NCBI GenBank assembly: GCA_003235575.1
Contig: QJVW01000069.1
Location: 9,131-73,130 of the forward strand
Direction: 5' to 3'
From: Candidatus Eiseniibacteriota bacterium
GTDB lineage: Bacteria > Eisenbacteria > RBG-16-71-46 > SZUA-252
DNA: 64,000 nt
A model generated the notes under the pieces. The model ran no database searches, was not told the DNA's origin, and was given only the letters and a program-made list of their open reading frames with translations. The translations under genes and the position numbers were made by a program. Shown one piece after another: positions 56,968-64,000 of the stretch (its first letter is position 1; every line of letters starts with the position of its first letter).

Positions 56968-58232
56968 TGCGACTTCGCGCGCTGGTTCTGGCGGCCACGC
57001 TTGCCGTGGGGAGCCTGTGGCCCGCGGCAGCGGCCGCGCGCTTCCTGGTCCCCATGGACACGGCGCAGGCGGATCACCTGCGCGCGTATGGGCTCACGTA
57101 TTGGGCCCTCTCCCGCGGGCTGCACGGCGAGTGGCTGCTGAACTACCGCGGCGGCTCGTTCCTCCTTCCGGAGACGGAGAGTGTCCGCGAGGAGGCGTTG
57201 GTGCGCGGCGTGACCCTGGAGCAGGTGAGCGAGGCGGAGATCGCGCGCATCCAGGCGGAAATCGCGGACAACAACATGGAGACCATCAAACTGGAAACGG
57301 CCCCCCGCGTGGCCGTCTACGTCCCGCCGAATGCGCCGCCGTGGGACGACGCGGTGCAGCTGGCGCTGGAGTATGCCCAGATACCGTACACGAAGCTCTG
57401 GGACGCGGAGGTGCTGGACGGTCGGCTGGCCGACTACGATTGGCTCCACCTCCACCACGAGGACTTCACCGGGCAGTACGGAAAATTCTATGCCGCGTTC
57501 GCGTCCGCGGATTGGTACCGGCTGCAGGTCGCGGAGAACGAAGCCGTGGCCCAGCGCTACGGCTTCGCCAAGGTCTCGGAGCTGAAGAAGGCCGTGGCCC
57601 AATCGATCCGGCAATACGTCGCGCAGGGCGGTTTCCTGTTCGCGATGTGCTCCGCCACCGATACGTTCGACATCGCGCTCGCGGCGGCCGGCGTGGACAT
57701 CGTGTCGAAGGAGTATGACGGCGACGGTGTGACGCCGGGCGCGCAGGAGCGCCTCGATTTCAGCCGGACGCTGGCCTTCCAGAACTTCCAGCTGGAGATG
57801 AACCCGCTGGTCTACGAGTACTCGAACATCGATACCACGAACAAGGCGATCCTACGCGGACAGCGGGGCGACACCTTCACGCTGTTCGATTTCTCCGCGA
57901 AGCAGGATCCCGTGCCGACGATGCTGGTCCAGGACCACACGGCGACCATCAAGGGGTTCCTGGGCCAGACAACGGGCTTCGACAAGACGCTCCTCCGGCC
58001 GGGCGTGACGATCCTGGCGGAGACGCCGGGTTTCGACGACGTGAAGTACATCCACGGTCACTTCGGAAAGGGCACGTTCACGTTCTACGGGGGACACGAT
58101 CCGGAGGACTATCAACACGCGGTGGGAGATCCGCCCACCGATCTCTCCCTGCACAAGAACTCGCCGGGCTATCGGCTGATCTTGAACAACGTTCTGTTCC
58201 CCGCCGCCGAGAAGAAAGAGAAGAAGACGTAG
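56967..58232 (+). CDS. secreted GATase1-like domain protein with conserved Cys
   Basis: Signal MRLRALVLAATLAVGSLWPAAAAA. Motif RQYVAQGGFLFAMCSATD is paralogous to SYLDQGGLLWADD in the 52069..52779 protein. GTGATG overlap with the TPR gene. Confidence 0.5.
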   Translation: MRLRALVLAATLAVGSLWPAAAAARFLVPMDTAQADHLRAYGLTYWALSRGLHGEWLLNYRGGSFLLPETESVREEALVRGVTLEQVSEAEIARIQAEIADNNMETIKLETAPRVAVYVPPNAPPWDDAVQLALEYAQIPYTKLWDAEVLDGRLADYDWLHLHHEDFTGQYGKFYAAFASADWYRLQVAENEAVAQRYGFAKVSELKKAVAQSIRQYVAQGGFLFAMCSATDTFDIALAAAGVDIVSKEYDGDGVTPGAQERLDFSRTLAFQNFQLEMNPLVYEYSNIDTTNKAILRGQRGDTFTLFDFSAKQDPVPTMLVQDHTATIKGFLGQTTGFDKTLLRPGVTILAETPGFDDVKYIHGHFGKGTFTFYGGHDPEDYQHAVGDPPTDLSLHKNSPGYRLILNNVLFPAAEKKEKKT

Positions 58233-58342
58233 GAATTTCACCCTCGACAGCCCTCGGATCGGCTGGTACTCCTTGAAAGACCCCCGCGGTGCCTCCCCGC
58301 CGCCGGATATTCCAGCCCCCGACCTCGCACCGGAGGTGTCTC

Positions 58343-59143
58343 ATGCACGATACAGCGAAAGGACAAATCGACCAGGCAGCCGCCGAGGTCTACGACGAGT
58401 ATTTCGTGCCGGCGCTTTTTCAAGAGTGGGCGCCGCAAATGGCCGATGCCGCCGCCATTCGCGCCGGACAGCGCGTCATCGACGTGGCGTGCGGCACCGG
58501 CGTTCTGGCGCGGGAACTCATGGAGCGCGTCGGCGCGAAGGGCACCGTGGTCGGGTTGGACCCAAACCCCGGGATGCTCGCCGTGGCCCGGCGCAAGGCT
58601 CCAACCCTCGAGTGGCGCGAGGCTCCCGCCGAAGCGATTCCGCTTGGCGATGGGCTGTTCCACGCGGCGCTTTCGCAATTCGGGCTCATGTTCTTCGACG
58701 ATCAGGTGAAGGCGATCCGTGAAATGATGCGCGTCACGAAGCGCCGCGGCCACGTCGTCGTGTCCGTGTGGGACACGATCGAAGCGTCGCCGGGCTACGC
58801 AAAGCTCGCGGCGCTCCTCCACCGGCTCTTCGGCGCCGAAGCCTCCGCGGCGCTTCGAGCGCCCTATTGCCTGGGCGACACCAAGGACCTGATGGCGCTT
58901 TTCGAGAAGGCGGGCGTCGCCAACGCCAAGATCGAAACGCGCGCCGGAACCGCCCGCTTCAATTCGATTCGCTGGTGGATGAAAACCGACGTGCGCGGCT
59001 GGACGCTCTCCGACATGATCGACGATGCCCAGTTCGAGCGCCTGGTGTTCGAGGCGGAGGAGGAGTTGAAGGAATTCACCACGCCGCACGGCAACGTCGC
59101 GTTTCCGACGTCCGTGCACATCGTGAAGGCGGTCAAGTCGTAG
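58343..59143 (+). CDS. class I SAM-dependent methyltransferase
   Basis: ATG preceded by GGAGGTG. SAM motif I VIDVACGTGVLAREL, motif II VVGLDPNPGM. Confidence 0.8.
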   Translation: MHDTAKGQIDQAAAEVYDEYFVPALFQEWAPQMADAAAIRAGQRVIDVACGTGVLARELMERVGAKGTVVGLDPNPGMLAVARRKAPTLEWREAPAEAIPLGDGLFHAALSQFGLMFFDDQVKAIREMMRVTKRRGHVVVSVWDTIEASPGYAKLAALLHRLFGAEASAALRAPYCLGDTKDLMALFEKAGVANAKIETRAGTARFNSIRWWMKTDVRGWTLSDMIDDAQFERLVFEAEEELKEFTTPHGNVAFPTSVHIVKAVKS

Positions 59144-59203
59144 AAAGCCGCCTCACGCCGCGAACACGGCGATCCATGGCGCTGCCGGTTGTCCCCGCCC
59201 CGT

Positions 59204-59329
59204 CTAGAGGGAGTGGAAGAAGCTCGCGATCAGGACGACGGCGAAGAAAACGATGAAGGGCAGGATCACCATCAGGGTGATGAGTCCGACCGCATGGACG
59301 GCCGGCGGGATGTGCATGTGATGAGACAT
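59204..59329 (-). CDS. small His-rich hydrophobic peptide (41 aa), hypothetical
   Basis: Minus-strand ORF MSHHMHIPPAVHAVGLITLMVILPFIVFFAVVLIASFFHSL*, a single TM helix. Not in the ORF track. Flanked upstream by GC hairpins. Confidence 0.3.
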   Translation of the reverse strand: MSHHMHIPPAVHAVGLITLMVILPFIVFFAVVLIASFFHSL

Positions 59330-59644
59330 GTCGCCCTCCTTGGAGGCGACACTCGCTCCGGGAGGACGCCTCCCGCCCGCGAAACGTGCAGAACGCGTAC
59401 CGTCGACGGCCGGACGGAGAAAAATCCGCCTATCTTTCTTCGGGGCACCCCGTTGCGTCGTCCCAAGGGGGCCGCGATTCGGGGCTGGATGCCCGACATG
59501 TCCTGACGTGATGGCAGGACCCCTGACAATTAGGTCACACCTGCGCGGCGTCCACCGTCCGTGGACCTGGCGGACCCGGGGCTTCGCTTGTCCGGAACGG
59601 ACGCGCCGTCTCCTGGATGGATCGGTCCAACTCCCTCCCCGCGT

Positions 59645-60286
59645 CTATTGGGACGCGATGATGATATTTCCGGCGCCCAACGTAGCGGTGATCTTCCCGT
59701 CCGCTCCGGTGCCGATGACGCCGTCGACGACGCGGTCCTCCACTTGGCCCACGACGGGGAAGCCGACTTGAATCGTGCCGGCGCCGACGGATAGCTCCAA
59801 CGCCACGTTCGCGCTCGGAGGCAGATTGATCCAGATGTTTCCGGCTCCGGCCATGAAGGAACATTGGCCGGCGGCCGGCCCCACGTAGGTGATGTCCGCC
59901 GCGCCGGCCTGAATCCACGGCAGCATGTCCGGTGGGATCGTGGCGTCCACATCGACCCATGCGTTGCTCAGGCCAAGCGGATTGGCCGTGGTGACGCGCA
60001 CGGTGTCCGCATCCGTGAGCATCTCCAGGTCGAGCTGGTCGAGATTCGATTCCTTCCGCGCCCATTTCACCGCCACGATATCCACGGCGTTCGCCGCGCC
60101 GGTCGTGACGTTGATGTTGCCCGCGAAATCGTTGATCTGGAGTACGCCTCCGGCGCCGACGACGAAACTGCTGTCGGATCGCGCGGAGAACCTTGGCGGC
60201 GATGAAGGATTCGACTCGTCCGAGCAGCCCAGGGCCGCGACGATCGAGAGAAGGGCGGCGCCCCACAGCGCGCGATATCGTTTCAT
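59645..60286 (-). CDS. lipoprotein with beta-helix-like Gly/Ala/Asn repeats (putative adhesin-like, DUF4097-like)
   Basis: Signal with lipobox MKRYRALWGAALLSIVAALGCS; repeated GAGNI.V / GAGTIQV motifs. The ORF-track 475-aa version has an unsupported N-terminal extension. Confidence 0.55.
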   Translation of the reverse strand: MKRYRALWGAALLSIVAALGCSDESNPSSPPRFSARSDSSFVVGAGGVLQINDFAGNINVTTGAANAVDIVAVKWARKESNLDQLDLEMLTDADTVRVTTANPLGLSNAWVDVDATIPPDMLPWIQAGAADITYVGPAAGQCSFMAGAGNIWINLPPSANVALELSVGAGTIQVGFPVVGQVEDRVVDGVIGTGADGKITATLGAGNIIIASQ

Positions 60287-60420
60287 CTCTCCATCTCCTT
60301 CCTTCGTGATTCCAACGTCCGACGTCTCCGATTCCTGCGGCGGCGACCCACGTGTCCCCAAATCGTGCCGGGCGGGCGTACGAGGTGAAAGCGGTCCGAT
60401 GGTAGGTTCCCGAGGGCGGT

Positions 60421-61083
60421 CTACCCTCGGTACAGCTCCAAAATCCCGAACGTGTTGTTCACGCCGTGCGCCAGCGCCGCGGGCCAGATGGACCAGCGGC
60501 CGGCCAGCGTGACGGCGCCGAAGACGAGGCCGCTGGCGGCGGCGCCCGCGATGCCGGCGGGGCCCTGATACGCGTGCACGATGCCGAACATCGCCGCCTG
60601 GAGCACCAGGGCGAGCGCCATCGCCCGCCGTGTGTCGCCCAGCGCGAACGTGATTCCGCGCATGAGGACGATCCGGTACGCGACCTCCTCCCCGAACGCC
60701 GCGAAACTCCAACTCATCGCCAGCAGCCCGGCCAGCGCTCCCGGCGAGCCCTTCACGTCGGCGAACCGATCCAGAATCCGCGGTCCGCCAAGTAGCCCTT
60801 CGAGCATCGGTTCGAGCGCGACGTCGAAGACGCGCAGGACCGCGATCGCGGCGAGGGCCAGCAGAAGATGGCGCGGGCCGAGGCGTGTTCCGAAGCCCAC
60901 GCGGTTCAGCGGCAGCCCCGCGCGCAGCAGCAGAACGGTGAACACGACGACGACGATGATGTAACCCGGTGTCGCGAACCCCGACCACGGCGTGAGGGCG
61001 CCGGGGTACGTGCCCGCCGCCCGCAACGCGCCCATCGCCAACAACCCGAGGCCCAGTCCCGGGATCAGCCATCGAACGCTCAT
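60421..61083 (-). CDS. CPBP-family intramembrane metalloprotease (CAAX protease / Abi-like)
   Basis: Conserved motifs EEVAYR, FGIVH and HGVNN on a multi-TM scaffold. Confidence 0.8.
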   Translation of the reverse strand: MSVRWLIPGLGLGLLAMGALRAAGTYPGALTPWSGFATPGYIIVVVVFTVLLLRAGLPLNRVGFGTRLGPRHLLLALAAIAVLRVFDVALEPMLEGLLGGPRILDRFADVKGSPGALAGLLAMSWSFAAFGEEVAYRIVLMRGITFALGDTRRAMALALVLQAAMFGIVHAYQGPAGIAGAAASGLVFGAVTLAGRWSIWPAALAHGVNNTFGILELYRG

Positions 61084-64000
61084 GCTTCAGAACCTCCCGG
61101 CTCCACCTCCACCGCCGGCGCGATCAGCTGGTACATCACGGGCGTGACGATTCGCGCCAGGAGCGTGCTCGAGATCAATCCGCCGATGATCACCCACGCC
61201 AACGGAGAGTACATCGCGCTACCCTGCAGCGCGATCGGAAGAAGACCGCCGATCGCCGTCATGCTGGTGAGGACGATCGGGAGGAACCGGACCTCGCCCG
61301 CCTTTCGTATCGCCTCCTCCAGGGGGACGCCCCTCGATCGCATCTGGTTCGTCAGGTCCACCAGCAGGATCGAGGTCTTGATCTCGATCCCGATCAGCGC
61401 CACGAACCCGATCGTCGCGGTGAAGGAGAGCGTCGCCCCCACCGCCAGCAGCGCGAGAATGCCTCCCGCGATGCCGAGCGGAATCACGGAGGCCACGATC
61501 AGCACGGACCGGAACGTCCGGAACTCGAGCACCAGGATCGCCAGAATTCCGAAGATCGCCACCAGGATGGCGCCGCCGATCCCGCCGAAGCTCTCCTCGC
61601 GTGCCTCGATCTCGCCCGCGGCAACGATGCGATAGCCGGGCGGGATCTCCATTCGCCCGAGCCGCTCCAGCACCGCGCCCGTCACGCGGTCGGTGTTGTA
61701 GCCGCTCCGGACGTTGGCCGTGACCGTCACGCTTCGGCTGCGGTCGTAGCGCTGCATCTCGGGGACGGCGCGCTCGAACCGCACGTCCGCCACCTGCGCC
61801 AACGGCGTCAGACGGCCCGTGCTCGAACTGACGTACACCCGTTGGAGGTCGCGGGGATTCGGGCGACCGGTGCGACCCAGCCGCACCACCACGGCGCGCT
61901 CATCGCCGCTTTCCTCCCGCAGCGTGCCGGCCTCGAGTCCCGCCAATCCGAGCCGGATGGTTCGGTCGATCTCGATCGTCGGAATTTCCAGGAGTCCCGC
62001 CTTCTCGCGATTGAGGCGCACACGGAGGTCGGTCCCCGCCAAGCGCACGGGGTTCGTCACGTACTGGGTGCCGGGTGTCGTGTCGATCACGTCGGCGATG
62101 CGCGCCGCGATCGCGCTCAGGGAATCGACCGACGGTCCTTCGATCCGAATCGCGATCGGGGCCGCGATGGGGGGCCCATTCTCGAACTCGCGCACCGCCA
62201 ACTCGGCCCCGGGGTAGGCGGACAGCTTCGCGCGAAGGGAGTCCAACAGGGTGGGCGTGCGGTGGGCGTCGTATTCGTGGAGCAGCACGAACAGTTGCCC
62301 GGCCCGCGGACTGTCCACCCGCGGGTAGATGTTGTAATAGACGGTCGGATTGTCGTGTCCGACCGACGTGTAGATCGCCCTCACCTCGGGACGCTGCCGC
62401 AGAACCCGCTCGGCGAAGCGCGCGGCCGAGTCGGTCACGGCGATCGAGGCGCCTTCGGGCGCGGTGATGTCCACGTGGAACTGCGGCGTCTCTGCCTTGG
62501 GGAAGAGGGAGAAGCCGACGACCGGCACCAGCGCGACCGACACGAGCACGATCACCGCCGCGATCACGAGCGTCCACCGGGGATGCTTCAGGGCGCGGTC
62601 GAGCACCGGCGCGTACGTCTTGTGAATGCCGCGGTCGAACGCTTGAAGGTATCGATTCCCCTCGCCCTCCGCCTTCCGTCGGAAGAAGATGCTGGCGAGC
62701 CACGGAATGATCGTGAGCGATACGAGAAGCGACGCCAGCACCGAGAAGACGACCGCCATCGGCAGCGACCGGATGAACCGCCCCGGATTGCCGGGAAGGA
62801 AGATCAACGGGATGAAGGCGAAGAGTAGCGTCGCGGTCGCCCCGAGCACGGCGACCCAGATCTGCTTCGTCCCCAGAATGGCCGCCTCCCGCGGGCCGCG
62901 GCCCTCCCGCCGGAACCGCGTGATGTTCTCGACCACCACGATCGAATCGTCCACCAGCAGGCCGAGGGCGATCACCATCCCGACGATGGTCATTTGGTTC
63001 AGCGTGAACCCCGCCCAGGCCAGGGCCACGAGCCCGATCGCCAGCGAGAGCGGAATGGAGATCATGACGATCGACGCCGCGCGGAAGCCGAGCGGGAGGA
63101 GCGTCAGAGCCACCAGCGCGATCGCGATCAGGAAGTCCTCGGTCAACCGGTTCAGCCGGTGCGACACGTTGGCCGCTTGATCGAACCCGCGCTCCAGCGT
63201 CACCGTGCCCGGCAGGTCCTTCTCGAACGCATCGAGCGCGGCGTAGATCCTGTCGCGCACGGCCTGGACGGTGGTCCCCGCCTGCTGGTTCGCCGTGACG
63301 AAGACCGCACGGCGTCCGTTGAAGCGCGCGCGGTAGGTAGAGTCGGCCGAAGCCCAGCGCACCGTCGCGACATCGGAAACGTGGACCAACCGGCCGCGAC
63401 CACCGCGGATGACGGTGGCGCGGATCTCGTCCAGCGTCTCGTAGCTTCCCGATGAATGAACGCTGAAGCTCCGCCGCCCCGACTCCACCGCGCCCGCGGG
63501 GATGTCGGTGCTCTCGCCGCCGATGGCGCCGAGCACCAGTCCCACGGGGAGGCGAAGTTCCGCCAAACGTCCAAGATCGACGTCCACGTGGACCTGGCGC
63601 TTCGGCGCGCCCCACCGCTCCGCCTTCCGAACCCCGGGCACGGCGGTCAGCCGGTCCTGCAGCGCCTCGGCCAAAGAGTCGAGGGTGGCGAAGGACGCGT
63701 TCGGCGAAACGAGCGCCACCTGGACGATGTTCACGTTCAGCGTCGTCGAGCGCGTGATGTCCAGGCGGGTCAGCTGCGACGGCAGGTCTGGCCGGAGTGC
63801 GTTCACTTCGCGCGTCACCTCGTCGTACTTCCGGTCGGAGTCCTCGTCCGCGTCGAACTCGATGAACGTCGTCGCGACGCCGTCCCGGATCGAACTGCTG
63901 ATCCGCTTCACGTTCTCCAGCTCGTTCAGACGATCCTCGAGTTTCTTCACCACGAGCCGTTCCAGGTCGGTGGGGCTCGCGCCCGGGTAGACCGCGACGA
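61080..64000 (-). CDS. RND-family efflux transporter permease (AcrB/HAE1-like), 5' end beyond window
   Basis: 12-TM plus porter-domain architecture with GxxxD TM4 motif (ALGLLVDDSIVVVENI). The first in-window residue aligns to about residue 70 of AcrB, so the N-terminus lies past nt 64000. Overlaps the CPBP gene start (ATGA). Confidence 0.85.
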   Translation of the reverse strand, partial: VAVYPGASPTDLERLVVKKLEDRLNELENVKRISSSIRDGVATTFIEFDADEDSDRKYDEVTREVNALRPDLPSQLTRLDITRSTTLNVNIVQVALVSPNASFATLDSLAEALQDRLTAVPGVRKAERWGAPKRQVHVDVDLGRLAELRLPVGLVLGAIGGESTDIPAGAVESGRRSFSVHSSGSYETLDEIRATVIRGGRGRLVHVSDVATVRWASADSTYRARFNGRRAVFVTANQQAGTTVQAVRDRIYAALDAFEKDLPGTVTLERGFDQAANVSHRLNRLTEDFLIAIALVALTLLPLGFRAASIVMISIPLSLAIGLVALAWAGFTLNQMTIVGMVIALGLLVDDSIVVVENITRFRREGRGPREAAILGTKQIWVAVLGATATLLFAFIPLIFLPGNPGRFIRSLPMAVVFSVLASLLVSLTIIPWLASIFFRRKAEGEGNRYLQAFDRGIHKTYAPVLDRALKHPRWTLVIAAVIVLVSVALVPVVGFSLFPKAETPQFHVDITAPEGASIAVTDSAARFAERVLRQRPEVRAIYTSVGHDNPTVYYNIYPRVDSPRAGQLFVLLHEYDAHRTPTLLDSLRAKLSAYPGAELAVREFENGPPIAAPIAIRIEGPSVDSLSAIAARIADVIDTTPGTQYVTNPVRLAGTDLRVRLNREKAGLLEIPTIEIDRTIRLGLAGLEAGTLREESGDERAVVVRLGRTGRPNPRDLQRVYVSSSTGRLTPLAQVADVRFERAVPEMQRYDRSRSVTVTANVRSGYNTDRVTGAVLERLGRMEIPPGYRIVAAGEIEAREESFGGIGGAILVAIFGILAILVLEFRTFRSVLIVASVIPLGIAGGILALLAVGATLSFTATIGFVALIGIEIKTSILLVDLTNQMRSRGVPLEEAIRKAGEVRFLPIVLTSMTAIGGLLPIALQGSAMYSPLAWVIIGGLISSTLLARIVTPVMYQLIAPAVEVEPGGSEA

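Noticed and set aside
58238-59119. 293-aa minus-strand ORF
   Set aside because: Antisense to the SAM-dependent methyltransferase whose motifs I/II are clear on the + strand.
61842-63615. Several 130-570-aa ORFs on both strands inside the RND transporter gene
   Set aside because: All overlap the conserved RND permease reading frame and have Arg/Gly-rich low-complexity translations.
1-64000. tRNA, rRNA or other structured RNA genes; IS elements, integrases, toxin-antitoxin or phage genes
   Set aside because: No tRNA-like T-loop/acceptor patterns found in intergenic regions. No transposase, integrase or TA-like ORFs. Intergenic space is very small throughout.

Overview
High-GC (~68%) bacterial chromosomal-origin region with mostly housekeeping gene content. 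Outer-membrane, SurA, Lpt-like and porin genes suggest a Gram-negative, possibly Gemmatimonadota-like organism, but this is a guess. Gene order is (truncated M29 aminopeptidase) - osmC(-) - dnaA(-) | oriC/dnaA promoter with two perfect DnaA boxes | rpmH - rnpA - yidD - yidC - jag - mnmE - mnmG - rsmG - 2x parS - parA - parB (+). It is followed by a MoxR - DUF58 - BatA-like vWA operon, mfd, two PpiC/SurA-type chaperones, pdxA, ftsEX, an EnvC-like M23 activator, holB, a PSP1/RicT-like gene, metG, tatD, rsmA(ksgA), a large outer-membrane beta-barrel plus lipoproteins, a YibQ-like deacetylase and pdxJ. Next comes a Pho locus with unusual architecture: porin-pstSCA on (+) converges on pstB-phoU-phoR-phoB on (-), with 11-bp-periodic GTAACA-type candidate Pho boxes. 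Then secDF, a phosphoesterase/GATase pair, and a second membrane-system locus: a DUF4159-like GATase1-fold protein, an 1137-aa transmembrane coiled-coil giant, a TPR protein and a second GATase1-like secreted protein. The window ends with a methyltransferase, a lipoprotein - CPBP protease - RND pump cluster, and a truncated RND gene. No rRNA, tRNA, CRISPR or mobile elements were seen. Many long ORFs in the six-frame track are antisense or alternate-frame artifacts of high GC. The most interesting candidate is the apparently split MoxR/vWA (Bat-like) plus GATase1-like/giant-protein envelope system of unknown function, with loci at 12.9-17.0 kb and 52.1-58.2 kb. All family assignments are from reading the translations by eye and from memory of the families, and need HMM/BLAST confirmation.
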